From contig WTGW01000041.1 in assembly GCA_011523395.1 (NCBI GenBank), positions 1-60,252 of the forward strand: 60,252 bases of DNA, given 5' to 3'. Under the pieces are notes generated by a model. It was not told the DNA's origin and did not search any database. It saw only the letters and a list, made by a program, of their open reading frames with translations. This stretch comes from Acidimicrobiia bacterium (GTDB lineage: Bacteria; Actinomycetota; Acidimicrobiia; Spongiisociales; Spongiisociaceae). A program made the translations under genes and the position numbers. Every line of letters begins with the position of its first letter. Position 1 is the first letter of the stretch. Below are positions 9,821 to 19,160 of the stretch, in pieces.

Positions 9821-10075
9821 AGAACGCGAAAATCGCGGGCGCCTGCCTCCGGCCTAGGGCCCTCCCCCGCCACCACCTGTCCTGCCTGGAGCGTGGCCGG
9901 CCATGCCCGACCGGCTGCCGGGCGATCGGCCTTCGCTCCTCGAAGCTCGTCTGACCCCTTGGCCGGCAAACCGATCGGTCGGTAGCTGTTCACCGGCGTA
10001 GGTGATTGGCGTCAAGCAAGGTATACCGGGGTTGTGACAGATCCGGGCCATCCCGGGGAGAACGCGAAAAATCGG
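9821..10075. repeat. intergenic repeat family, copy 1 (most divergent)
   Basis: Aligns by eye with 12498-12730 and 19357-19606. Shared blocks are CCCTCCCCCGCCACCACC, GAGCGTGG, CCGATCGG and GGGGTTGTGACA. Bounded by CGCGAAAA at 9825 and 10063. Confidence 0.8.
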
Positions 10076-10157
10076 GTCAGGACCGGCGGGCGATGGCGTC
10101 CAAGGATCTCCTCGTCACCCGTTACCCGCCTAGCCGGATCCGGCGGCCGCGCTCGGG

Positions 10158-10919
10158 TCAGGCCAACTCTGCGGTCGTGAACACCACGTGGAACGGCACG
10201 CAGTAGATCACCAGGGTCACCTGCTCGGGTATCACGTAGTCTGCCGGCACCTCGTAGTTCTGCGAACCGATATTCCCCTTGAGGGGGCCCAGATCCACGT
10301 AGCCGGCCTCCCGGAGATGATCACGACCCGCCAATCCATGGACCGGAGTCAGGAGGACGTGGAGTTGGGGACCATTGGTCACCTCGATGTCCTCGAGACG
10401 GATGATCCTCGACCCGTCCTCGAGCTCGTACAGGACGACCTCGCCGGATCCCTTGTGGAACGAGTCGGCATCCACCAGGTTCCCCGAGAGCAAGGCCACC
10501 GGGCCGGTGGGCGCGGGCGGCAGGGTCGTGGTCGGCTCGTCCTCGGTCGCCGCCGTGGTCGCCGGCGCATCGCCATCAGGGGCCGCGGTCGTGGCCGTCG
10601 AGGTGGTGGTCGCCACCGCGGACGCCGCGGTCGTGGGCATCTCGGGCATCTCTTCGTCGGCCGGCGTGTCCGTCGCTGCGGCCTCGAGCATGATCTCCTC
10701 CACCTCCTCGGCGGTCATGTCGTCGGGGACGACCGCCATGGCGGCGAGGGGGAACGGTTCATCCACTACCCGGTCGATGAAGAGCGGCGAGCCGAGCCAC
10801 CAGCCAAAGGCCAGTGCGGGTATGGCGACGATCACCGCCGCCACCTGGATGGAACGTCGCTTGTAGAACGGGGTGCGGTCGCTGTTCATGCGGGCCTTCC
10901 TGTGTGCCTCTCTATACAT
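10158..10919 (-). CDS. DM13 domain-containing secreted/anchored protein
   Basis: Signal-anchor (VAAVIVAIPALAFGWW), a Thr/Ala/Pro-rich linker, and a C-terminal DM13-like block (DSFHKGSGEVVLYELEDGSRIIRLEDIEVTNGPQLHVLL). Start trimmed to the ATG at 10919. Confidence 0.7.
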   Translation of the reverse strand: MYREAHRKARMNSDRTPFYKRRSIQVAAVIVAIPALAFGWWLGSPLFIDRVVDEPFPLAAMAVVPDDMTAEEVEEIMLEAAATDTPADEEMPEMPTTAASAVATTTSTATTAAPDGDAPATTAATEDEPTTTLPPAPTGPVALLSGNLVDADSFHKGSGEVVLYELEDGSRIIRLEDIEVTNGPQLHVLLTPVHGLAGRDHLREAGYVDLGPLKGNIGSQNYEVPADYVIPEQVTLVIYCVPFHVVFTTAELA

Positions 10920-10970
10920 GACAACGCCTCGCCCGCATGAATTGTTCCCCAGCGAGGATCGCCATCCGAG

Positions 10971-11543
10971 GTGCTGTACCCTGACCCTCCTATGGGAGAC
11001 AGGATTGTCGCAGTCTACGGCTCCTCGCGGGCTCTCCCCGGTGACGGCGTCTACGAGGAGGGCGTCGAGCTGGGCCGCCGGCTGGTAGAGGCCGGGTTCG
11101 GGGTCACCAACGGCGGCTACTCGGGGCTGATGGAGGCCGTGTCGAAGGGCGCGGCGATCGCGGGCGGACGGGTCGTCGGCGTGACCGCCCCGGTGCTCTT
11201 CCCGCACCGGCCGGGCGGGAACGGGTTCCTGACCGAGGAGATACAGGCCGCCGGACTGCTCGACCGGATCAGGACCATGTCCGAGCTTGCCAGCGCCTAC
11301 ATCGTGATGCCGGGCAGCATCGGAACCCTCACCGAGTTGATGATCGCCTGGAACGACGCCTACCTGGCCGCCGCTCGGAATGCGGAACCGATGCCGATCC
11401 TCGCCTTCGGGAGCGCCTGGAGCGAGATCGTCGATCGGCTGACCGGGGAGCTACGGACCACCGGCGGCCTGGTCACCATGGTGGACAGCCCTGCAGAGGC
11501 GGTCGAGGTACTGCGGCGCCGGCTCGGAGACGGCGCGCCATAG
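10971..11543 (+). CDS. LOG/TIGR00725-family Rossmann protein (lysine-decarboxylase-like)
   Basis: GGYSGLMEAVSKGA and PGSIGTLTEL (PGGxGTxxE-like) motifs. The start could instead be the ATG at 10992. Confidence 0.7.
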   Translation: MLYPDPPMGDRIVAVYGSSRALPGDGVYEEGVELGRRLVEAGFGVTNGGYSGLMEAVSKGAAIAGGRVVGVTAPVLFPHRPGGNGFLTEEIQAAGLLDRIRTMSELASAYIVMPGSIGTLTELMIAWNDAYLAAARNAEPMPILAFGSAWSEIVDRLTGELRTTGGLVTMVDSPAEAVEVLRRRLGDGAP

Positions 11544-11628
11544 CTCTCAACCGTGCTGAGACGGCCGATGGCCCCGATAAGATGACGCATACCTCGATGA
11601 CCCGACCTGCTCCCCGGTACCTGCCCGA

Positions 11629-12492
11629 ATGAGGGATTCTCCTGTCGAACAGGCAGCCGGTGGCGTGGTGTGGCGCGAGGGACCGGGAGGGATCGAGGTT
11701 CTCCTGGTCCACCGGCCCCGATACGACGACTGGACGTTTCCCAAGGGCAAGCTGGAGTCCGGCGAGTGCCTGGTGGAGTGCGCCAGGCGTGAGGTTGGGG
11801 AAGAGACCGGAGTGCGCCCCCTGATCGGGCGCTACCTGGGTCACATCTCCTACACCAAGCGGGAGAGCCTCCGGAAGGTGGTTCATTACTGGGCGATGCA
11901 GGCCGGTGAGGTCGACTTCGTGCCCTCCTCCGAGGTGGACCGGGTCCGGTGGGTCCACGAAGCATCGCTGGCCGATCACGTGTCGTACCCCACCGAGCGC
12001 AGTCTGGGCGAGGGCCTGACGGACGGCTGGCGGGACCCGGCCGACCGTATCTTGCTGGTCCGCCATGCCGATGCCGGCAAGCGAGACCGGGGGCCGCGCC
12101 CCGACAGCGCCCGGCCTCTCTCGGAACGGGGCCGCGCCGAGGCGACCGGCCTGATCCGAGGACTGGAGGGCTTCCCGATCGACGCCGTACTCACCAGCTA
12201 TGCGGCGCGTTGCCGCCAGACGGTCACTCCCGTGGCCACCGCCCGCAAGCGCGTCCCCCAGCTGGCGATCGAACTCTGGGAGGAGTCCGGGCCCGCCGAG
12301 GTAGTGGAGCTATTGGGCAACCGGCCTGAGGGGACCAGCCTGCTCTGCTCGCATCGCCCGATAGTGGGAACGATCCTGCGGGCGCTCATGGGCGCGGACC
12401 AGGCTCTCGTCCTCGAGAAGGGCTCGACCTGGGTATTGGACTTCGCGAACGGCGAGTTGGTCAGCGCCAACTACCTGTCCCCACGCCGCTAG
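11629..12492 (+). CDS. Nudix hydrolase fused to histidine-phosphatase (SixA-like) domain, MutT1-like architecture
   Basis: Nudix box GKLESGECLVECARREVGEETG, followed by the LLVRHADAG phosphohistidine motif. Confidence 0.85.
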   Translation: MRDSPVEQAAGGVVWREGPGGIEVLLVHRPRYDDWTFPKGKLESGECLVECARREVGEETGVRPLIGRYLGHISYTKRESLRKVVHYWAMQAGEVDFVPSSEVDRVRWVHEASLADHVSYPTERSLGEGLTDGWRDPADRILLVRHADAGKRDRGPRPDSARPLSERGRAEATGLIRGLEGFPIDAVLTSYAARCRQTVTPVATARKRVPQLAIELWEESGPAEVVELLGNRPEGTSLLCSHRPIVGTILRALMGADQALVLEKGSTWVLDFANGELVSANYLSPRR

Positions 12493-12497
12493 GCCGG

Positions 12498-12730
12498 AAC
12501 TCGCGAAAACCGGGTGCTCCGCACCGGGCCCCTCCCCCGCCACCACCCATCCTGTTCGGAGCGTGGCGGGCCGCGCCCGGCCGGGAAGCGGGTCCTCGCT
12601 CCACGAGTTTCATGTTCCCTCGGGCCGGCCGTTCCGATCGGTCTCATCTAATCGGCCGGTACTGGTGCTTGGCGATAGACACCATACATCAGGGGTGTGA
12701 CACACTCTGCCCTCCCACTCCCGGGCAAGA
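12498..12730. repeat. intergenic repeat family, copy 2
   Basis: Very similar to copy 3 (long identical runs, for example TGTTCCCTCGGGCCGGCCGTTCCGATCGGT). Starts at CGCGAAAA (12502). No distal CGCGAAAA. Confidence 0.85.
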
Positions 12731-12802
12731 CCCGCCCGGCCTCCTGGCAGGACGATCGCCCGGGTTGTCACCGTGCTGGGTCGGTTGGCCTGGCAGGGGA
12801 AT

Positions 12803-14245
12803 ATGCTGTGCCATCGGATGGGTACTGGTCACTCGGCTGGGAACGCATCGGCACGCCTGCCGACACTTCGCACGAGCCGCATCGCGTGGCTCGGAGTCCT
12901 GGTTGCAGGGTCGTTGCTGGTTGCGGGGTGCGGGGCCGCCGACAATGGATCCGGCGTTCCGGCCGAACCGCCGGCCACCACGGCCGAACCTGCCGCAGTC
13001 GAAGGTTCTGATACCGCCCCGGCGTCCACACAGCCGACTACCGCGACCGGCGCGGCGGCGGCTCCTGAGCCCTCCACAACCATGGTACAGCAGGGAGACG
13101 AGACGGAGCAGGAGGTAACGGACCTGGTCGAGGTGGATCCGGAGGCCGGACCCGACCCGAAGCAGGGTCTGGACCCGGTGGTGGCGTACGCCATCGAGGC
13201 GTGGCCCACCGACTGGGCCAACCGCACCATCGACCTGTCGGAGCTGCTGCTGGGGATCGGCATGATCGATCCGCGGGATGCCATCCCACCCATCGATGAC
13301 CCAGTCTTCGAGCCCCTCGATGAGGCCGGCGAGTGGCTCGACAACCGGGCGCCGGGGATGCTGGTGTCCATCGGCGGCGAGTCGCGCTTCTACGCGCTCA
13401 GCATCCTCCACCGCCACGAGATCGTGAACGACCGGATCGGGGGCATCCCGGTCGCGGTCACCTACTGCCCGCTATGCAACACCGCGCTGGCCTTCGACCG
13501 CCGGGTGGACGGGGAGGAGCTTCGCTTCGGGGTGTCGGGACTCCTGCGCAACTCCGACCTGGTCATGTGGGACGACGGGACCGTCTCGCTGTGGCAGCAG
13601 ATCACCGGCGAAGCGATCGTGGGCGCCGCGGCGGGAACGGTCCTCACCCACATCCCGAGCGCCATCGTGTCGTTCGGGGACTTCGCCGCCGCCTATCCGG
13701 ACGGACAGTCCCTGTCCCGGGACACTGGATTCGGCATACCGTACGGTTTCAATCCCTACGAGGGATACTCGAGCCGGGCGGCGCCCTATCCCTTCTTCAC
13801 CGGAGAGGTCGACCCCCGCTATGGAGCCTTGGAACGGGTGGTGGGGGTGACCATCGCCGGCGCCGCCACGGCCTATCCATTCCCGCTGATCGCTGAGGTC
13901 GGGGTGGTCAATGACTCCGTAGGAGGGGTTCCGGTAACGGTGTTCTGGGGTGGCGACACCGCCGATGCGCTCGACAGCGGGGTGGTGCGCGAGGGTCGGG
14001 CGATCGGGACGGGCATCGCCTACCTGCGCCAGGTGGATGGGCGCCCGCTGACATTCGTCAAGGAAGGTGAGGTGTTCCGGGACCAGGAAACCTCGTCGAC
14101 ATGGACCCTGCTGGGCGAGGCGGTCAGCGGACCGCTGGCGGGAACCCGGCTGGAGATCGCCGTCCACCGGAACGACTTCTGGTTCGCGTGGGGAGCCTTC
14201 TTCCCGGAGGGGGACGCCTACGAAGGATCACCGGGTGCGGGCTAG
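12803..14245 (+). CDS. DUF3179 domain-containing lipoprotein
   Basis: Lipobox LLVAGCG, a low-complexity linker, then DUF3179-like blocks (DAIPPIDDPVF, YCPLCNTALAF). Start chosen at the ATG at 12803. Confidence 0.65.
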   Translation: MLCHRMGTGHSAGNASARLPTLRTSRIAWLGVLVAGSLLVAGCGAADNGSGVPAEPPATTAEPAAVEGSDTAPASTQPTTATGAAAAPEPSTTMVQQGDETEQEVTDLVEVDPEAGPDPKQGLDPVVAYAIEAWPTDWANRTIDLSELLLGIGMIDPRDAIPPIDDPVFEPLDEAGEWLDNRAPGMLVSIGGESRFYALSILHRHEIVNDRIGGIPVAVTYCPLCNTALAFDRRVDGEELRFGVSGLLRNSDLVMWDDGTVSLWQQITGEAIVGAAAGTVLTHIPSAIVSFGDFAAAYPDGQSLSRDTGFGIPYGFNPYEGYSSRAAPYPFFTGEVDPRYGALERVVGVTIAGAATAYPFPLIAEVGVVNDSVGGVPVTVFWGGDTADALDSGVVREGRAIGTGIAYLRQVDGRPLTFVKEGEVFRDQETSSTWTLLGEAVSGPLAGTRLEIAVHRNDFWFAWGAFFPEGDAYEGSPGAG

Positions 14246-14330
14246 GTCCTGAAGTCACCCAGATGGTGTCGGCGCCGCGGGCGCGTCGCTTCCGGAGGAA
14301 CGCCGGAGGTGACGGTTAGGTGAGTGGTGG

Positions 14331-15482
14331 CTATATGAGGTCCTGCTCGCGGATCCCGAACGACGGGTGGCGGAGCCGGCAGAGGGCCAGCTTCTCCAGC
14401 TGACGGATCCGTTCCCTGGTGAGGTTGAACTCCTCCCCGATCTCCTCCAGCGTCCTGGGCACGCCGTCCAGGAACCCGTACCTGAGCGAGAGTATCCGGC
14501 CCTCCCGGTAAGGAAGCCGGTCGATCGAGCGGCGCAGGCAGTCGGACACGTCCAGCTCCACGGTGACCTGCACCGGATCATCGGCATCCTGGTCCTCTAT
14601 GAAGTCACCGAGCTGGGCGCCGTCCTCACCGACCGGCTTCTCGAGCGAGGCGGCATCCGAGACGCTCAGGGCCAACTCCACCTTGTCGAGGGTGACGCCG
14701 GCCTCCTCGGCGATCTCGGCCGGCTTCGGATCGCGACCCAACTCCGCCTTGAGGCTGGCCTGCGCAGCCCGGACCGCCGCCAGCGTATCGTGGAGGTGGA
14801 CGGGGATGCGCACGGTTCGGGACTTGTCTGCGATGGCACGGGTGATGGCCTGGCGGATCCACCAGGTGGCATAGGTGGAGAACTTGAATCCCTTGCGCCA
14901 GTCGAACTTCTCGACTGCCCGGATCAGACCCAGGTTGCCCTCCTGGATCAGATCGAGGAAGTCGATCCCGGAGGTGTTGGCATACCTCCGGGCGTTGGCG
15001 ACCACCAGCCGGAGGTTGGCTGTGAGGAACTCGTCCTTGGCCCGGCGACCCCGGTCCCGCTTGCGCTTGAGCCTGAGCCGGTCCTTCTGGAGCTTCTTCC
15101 GGTCGTCCCTGAGCCTGCTCCAGGACCTCTCGAGCTTGTGCCGCTCCTCCTCCGGAAGCTTCATCTCCCGGTTACGGAGCCGGCGCTCCCTGGCCCTTAG
15201 CCTGTCCTCCCTCTCTTCGAGATCGCCGTCCTCCAGCGCGGCGCCGGCCTTCAGCCCCTCCTCGATGGCCTGGGCCAGCTCGACCTCCTTCTCGGCGTTG
15301 AGCAACTCGTACTCGCCTATGGCGGCGAGGTACTGGCTCACGAGGTCGGTAGTGAGCCGACCCTTCTCGTCGGTCAGCTTGTTGGTGTTCCTATCCCGCT
15401 CCCGCTTTGTTACCGAACCTGCGGGTGCCACCGGTTTCTGCCGGGTCGGGTTTGCGACAGCCATGCGGTTCCCTCCACTCAT
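14331..15482 (-). CDS. RNA polymerase sigma-70 factor, RpoD/HrdB-like (group 1/2)
   Basis: Regions 2-4 are unmistakable ([53 protein letters not shown]; [17 protein letters not shown]). There is no acidic region 1.1. Confidence 0.95.
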   Translation of the reverse strand: MSGGNRMAVANPTRQKPVAPAGSVTKRERDRNTNKLTDEKGRLTTDLVSQYLAAIGEYELLNAEKEVELAQAIEEGLKAGAALEDGDLEEREDRLRARERRLRNREMKLPEEERHKLERSWSRLRDDRKKLQKDRLRLKRKRDRGRRAKDEFLTANLRLVVANARRYANTSGIDFLDLIQEGNLGLIRAVEKFDWRKGFKFSTYATWWIRQAITRAIADKSRTVRIPVHLHDTLAAVRAAQASLKAELGRDPKPAEIAEEAGVTLDKVELALSVSDAASLEKPVGEDGAQLGDFIEDQDADDPVQVTVELDVSDCLRRSIDRLPYREGRILSLRYGFLDGVPRTLEEIGEEFNLTRERIRQLEKLALCRLRHPSFGIREQDLI

Positions 15483-15515
15483 CGCCCGCCGGCCGTTCCG
15501 GCGATTAACTCCTTG

Positions 15516-15547
15516 CGGTAAGACCGGCCCCGGGGCCGGTCTTACCG
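15516..15547. promoter_or_regulatory. perfect 32-nt palindrome in the sigma-factor leader
   Basis: CGGTAAGACCGGCCCC|GGGGCCGGTCTTACCG with 16+16 perfect arms, 34 nt upstream of the sigma start codon. Confidence 0.5.
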
Positions 15548-15859
15548 AGACTACTCAACTCCTGCCTGCCGCGTGTCCAGCGCGTGAAGCCGACCCCCCG
15601 CCGGTCCCTCAACACCGAACACGTTCATGCTACGCGCACCGGCGAGGTAACGAGGGCGCTGGTCGGTCGGGCTCTCGCGGCAAGCGATACCCGTGCGCCG
15701 ACATACTCCACAACGCCTTTCCGGCCGCGTTTCTTCCGTCTTTTCGATTGGCGATGCCTTTCAACGCCCGGAGCCGCCCCGGACGGCAAGCACACGCACC
15801 TACGTAACATGGTGCTGACGACCCCAGGGGGATTCAATGCGCCGATACCGTGACCTGCC

Positions 15860-17905
15860 ATGGCGCTGCTGAGGGACCTGCCGCTCGAGGGGTTGTCCCC
15901 TTACCTGATCCAGCACCGGGACAACCCGGTCGACTGGCACCCATGGGGAGAGGAGGCCTTCGAGGCCGCCAAGACCGCGGACCGCCCGATCCTGCTCTCG
16001 GTCGGATACTCGACCTGCCATTGGTGCCACGTCATGGAGCGGGAGTCCTTCCACGACCATGCAACGGCCGATTTCATGAACCGGCATTTCGTATCGGTCA
16101 AGGTTGACCGCGAGGAACGACCCGACGTGGACTCCATATACATGGACGCGGTCCACACCATGACCGGGCGGGGCGGCTGGCCCATGACCGTGTTCCTGAC
16201 GCCCGGCGGCCGCCCGTTCTTCGCCGGGACGTATTTCCCCGATGTGGACCGCCACGGCATGCCGAGCTTCCGCCGCGTGCTGGAGGCGATCGAGCACGCC
16301 TGGCGGAACAGACGGAAAGACGTGCGGGAACAGGCGGACCAGCTGACCGGGGCGATCGGGCTCGCCCTCCCACCCGCCGAGGACCTGCCCGGCCGGGGCC
16401 GGGTGAGCGCCGCCTACGAGACCCTCTCCCGGCAGTTCGACCTGCAACACGGCGGCTTCGGCGGCGCCCCCAAGTTCCCCCAGGCGCCGATCCTGGAGTT
16501 CCTGGCCAGGATCAGCGGCCTCGCCACGGCGACCAAGGCCAAGCCGATGCTCACCACCACGCTGACCCGCATGGCGCGGGGCGGCATCCGGGATCACCTG
16601 GGCGGCGGGTTCGCCCGCTACTCCGTGGATCGGGTCTGGCTGGTGCCCCACTTCGAGAAGATGCTCTACGACAACGCCGACCTGGCCCGCCTGTACGTCC
16701 GTGCGTGGCAGATCACCGGTGCCCCGTTCTACCGGGAGGTGGCGGTCGACACCCTGGGGTACATGTTGCGCGACCTCGCCCATCCCGGGGGCGGGTTCTT
16801 CGCGGCGGAGGATGCCGACTCCGAAGGCGTGGAGGGCAAGTTCTACGTATTCGATCACGAGGAGTTCCACGAAGTGGTCGGCCCGGACGACGGGTCCGTG
16901 GCCGCCGCCTACTTCGGGGTGTCCCCGGGCGGGAACTTCGAAGGCGCCAACATCCTCTACGAGGCCGTCACCGTGCCGGAAGTGGCGGCACGGTTCGGCG
17001 CCCGGGTGGAGGAGGTCGAGGGCGCGATCGGGCGAGCCAAGGAGAGCCTGCTGGCTCGCCGGAGCACGAGGATCCGGCCCGGCCTGGACCACAAGATCAT
17101 CACCGTGTGGAACGGCTTCGCGCTCCGGGCGCTGGCGGTGGCGGGCGCGGTGCTGGGGACAGGGGCCTACCTGGAGGCGGCCCGGGCGAACGCCCGGTTC
17201 GTCCTAGGCGAGATGCGCCGCCCCGACGGGCGCCTGGCGCGGGTCTGGAGCAACGGTCTGGCGCCGATTCCGGGATTCCTGGAGGACCACGCGTCGTACG
17301 CCCTCGGGCTTCTGGAGCTCTACCAGGCCACGGGCGAGGTCGAGTGGTTCGTGGCCGCCCGCGAGCTGGTCGACCTGCTGGAGGAGCACTTCGGCGGCCC
17401 GACCGGGGTGGTGTTCGCCAGCGCCGCCGACGCCTCCCACCTGGTGGTCCGGCCCTCAGACCAGCAGGACAACCCGAGCGCCTCGGGAGCGTCGCTGGCG
17501 GCGGAGTGCTACTTACTGCTCGGTCATCTCACCGGGGACTACCGGTATCACGAGTGCTTCGAGCAGATCGTCCGGGCCGGTGACCGGCTCCTCGAAGCGG
17601 CCCCGTCCGCGGCCGGTCACCTGCTGGCGGCGCTGGCCACGTCCCAGATGGGCATTCGGGAGGTGGCCATGACCGGCCCTCGCGCCCTGGAGTGGGCCGG
17701 CCGGCTCGCCGGCGCCTACCGGCCCGACCTGGTGTTGGCCCCGTCCCCGGGTCCTGGCGAAGAGGTTCCGGTGGTGGCCGGCCGCCACCGGGAGGGCGAG
17801 ACCCTCGGCTATGTCTGCGAGCGGGGCGCCTGCCGGATGCCGGTCGGATCCTACGCCGAGCTGGAGGTCCAGGTAGCTGGGAAGGGCTACGATCGACCCT
17901 CGTGA
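15860..17905 (+). CDS. thioredoxin domain-containing protein (DUF255/YyaL family)
   Basis: [44 protein letters not shown], followed by a long alpha/alpha-toroid-like C-terminal region. Confidence 0.9.
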   Translation: MALLRDLPLEGLSPYLIQHRDNPVDWHPWGEEAFEAAKTADRPILLSVGYSTCHWCHVMERESFHDHATADFMNRHFVSVKVDREERPDVDSIYMDAVHTMTGRGGWPMTVFLTPGGRPFFAGTYFPDVDRHGMPSFRRVLEAIEHAWRNRRKDVREQADQLTGAIGLALPPAEDLPGRGRVSAAYETLSRQFDLQHGGFGGAPKFPQAPILEFLARISGLATATKAKPMLTTTLTRMARGGIRDHLGGGFARYSVDRVWLVPHFEKMLYDNADLARLYVRAWQITGAPFYREVAVDTLGYMLRDLAHPGGGFFAAEDADSEGVEGKFYVFDHEEFHEVVGPDDGSVAAAYFGVSPGGNFEGANILYEAVTVPEVAARFGARVEEVEGAIGRAKESLLARRSTRIRPGLDHKIITVWNGFALRALAVAGAVLGTGAYLEAARANARFVLGEMRRPDGRLARVWSNGLAPIPGFLEDHASYALGLLELYQATGEVEWFVAARELVDLLEEHFGGPTGVVFASAADASHLVVRPSDQQDNPSASGASLAAECYLLLGHLTGDYRYHECFEQIVRAGDRLLEAAPSAAGHLLAALATSQMGIREVAMTGPRALEWAGRLAGAYRPDLVLAPSPGPGEEVPVVAGRHREGETLGYVCERGACRMPVGSYAELEVQVAGKGYDRPS

Positions 17906-18849
17906 TACACGAGAACGCCCTCGACGCCATCGGCTGGACACCCCTGGTCCGGCTGGCCCGACTCCATCCACCGGGGAACCTGGTGGCCAAGCTGGACTAC
18001 CTGAACCCGGCCGGGTCGGTCAAGGAGCGGATCGCGGTCAACATGATCGACCACGCCGAGCGGCAGGGGTTGCTGGGTCCGGGAGGGACGATCATCGAAC
18101 CGACATCGGGGAACACCGGGGCCGGCCTGGCCATGGTCGGGGCGGTCCGGGGGTACCGGGTGATATGCACGGTTCCCGACAAGGTGGCGACCGAGAAGAT
18201 CCGCTTGCTCGAGGCGTACGGAGCGGAGGTCATCGTCACCCCTACCAACCTGCTCCCGGAGGACGAGGACTCCTACTACGGAGTCGCCCGCCGCCTGACC
18301 GAGGAGATCGACGGCGCCTTCAGCCCCGACCAGTACTCCAACCCCTTCAACCCGGAGGCCCACTACCTGACGACCGGTCCGGAGCTGTGGGAGCAGACCG
18401 GCGGTGAGATCGACGTGTTCGTGGCCGGGGTGGGCACCGGCGGGACGATCTCGGGGACGGGACGGTACTTGCGGGAGCGCAAGCCGTCGGTGGAGCTGGT
18501 GGGGGCCGACCCGGAGGGATCGATATACACGGCCGCCCGCGAAGAGGACATCCACCAGTACCGGGTGGAGGGCGTAGGGGAGGATTTCTGGCCCGAGACC
18601 CTGGACCAGGACATCGTCGACCGGTACATCATGGTCGACGACCAGCAGTCGTTCGACATGGCGCGGCGGGTGGCCGAGTGCGAAGGGGTGCTGATCGGCG
18701 GCTCCGGGGGCATGGCCGTACACGCCGCCCTCGAGGTGGCGGAGGAGGACACCGGCCGCCTGGTCGTGGTACTGCTGCCCGACTCGGGGCGGGGCTACCT
18801 GTCGAAGATCTGGGACGAGGAGTGGCTGGCCGAGCACGGCCTTGAGTGA
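17902..18849 (+). CDS. PLP-dependent cysteine synthase / cystathionine beta-synthase-like enzyme (no CBS domains)
   Basis: The GTG start overlaps the upstream TGA (GTGA). Motifs are SVKERIA (PLP Lys), [12 protein letters not shown] and [10 protein letters not shown]. Confidence 0.9.
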   Translation: MIHENALDAIGWTPLVRLARLHPPGNLVAKLDYLNPAGSVKERIAVNMIDHAERQGLLGPGGTIIEPTSGNTGAGLAMVGAVRGYRVICTVPDKVATEKIRLLEAYGAEVIVTPTNLLPEDEDSYYGVARRLTEEIDGAFSPDQYSNPFNPEAHYLTTGPELWEQTGGEIDVFVAGVGTGGTISGTGRYLRERKPSVELVGADPEGSIYTAAREEDIHQYRVEGVGEDFWPETLDQDIVDRYIMVDDQQSFDMARRVAECEGVLIGGSGGMAVHAALEVAEEDTGRLVVVLLPDSGRGYLSKIWDEEWLAEHGLE

Positions 18850-18876
18850 GCGGCTCGGCAATTGCCGCTCCTGAGT

Positions 18877-18914
18877 AGAAAAGAGGCCGGGGCCCCGATC
18901 ATGGGGCCCCGGCC
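18877..18914 (-). terminator. intrinsic terminator (12-bp GC stem, T-tract on the minus strand), possibly bidirectional
   Basis: GGCCGGGGCCCC-GATCAT-GGGGCCCCGGCC. On the minus strand it is followed by TCTTTTCT. It also lies 36 nt after the plus-strand cysteine-synthase stop. Confidence 0.65.
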
Positions 18915-19160
18915 TACGTTCGAGAATCCAGAATGCCTACCCGTTCTTCATCGTGAGATCCTTAGCCTCACTCGATGCCGCATGAGGACCGGCATGCGGA
19001 CGGGAAAGCCCGGTGGTCCGAGTTGGAGTCGCCACCGGACCGGCGGTCACGCCCAAGGCGCGGCCACCGGAAGCGACCCGTGGCCGCTAGCGCTCGGCCA
19101 CCTCCAGGGTCCTACTAGAACTGTCTAACAAGTCGGATCACCTCCTTTCTCTGGTAGGCG
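18877..19160 (-). ncRNA. candidate ~280-nt transcript with perfect extended SD, 14-codon mini-ORF and a structured GC-rich body
   Basis: AGAAAGGAGGTGATCC (minus, 19135-19150), a TTG 9 nt after GGAGG, the ORF MLDSSSRTLEVAER-stop (19087-19131), hairpins such as CCGGTGGCGA...TCGGACCACCGG, then the terminator above. No family recognised. Confidence 0.35.

Noticed and set aside
12612-13118. ORFs 12612-13118 and 19190-19567 share the peptide MFPRAGRSDR, suggesting a paralogous protein family.
   Set aside because: The shared peptide falls entirely inside the intergenic repeat. Similarity ends at the repeat borders, frames differ between copies, and copy 1 does not keep the frame. It is nucleotide-level rather than protein-level conservation.
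18862-19128. 88-aa plus-strand ORF in the gene desert
   Set aside because: It begins inside the terminator hairpin, has a non-protein-like composition (Arg/Pro/Gly/Thr-rich) and lacks an SD. The region is better explained as a minus-strand non-coding or mini-ORF unit.
18930-19131. Selenoprotein or read-through reading of the minus-strand unit (a TGA followed 6 nt later by a strong hairpin, or TAG read-through of the mini-ORF).
   Set aside because: The resulting peptides are Arg/Pro/Trp-rich nonsense with no start codon in the TGA-containing frame, and there is no Cys/Sec redox-motif context.
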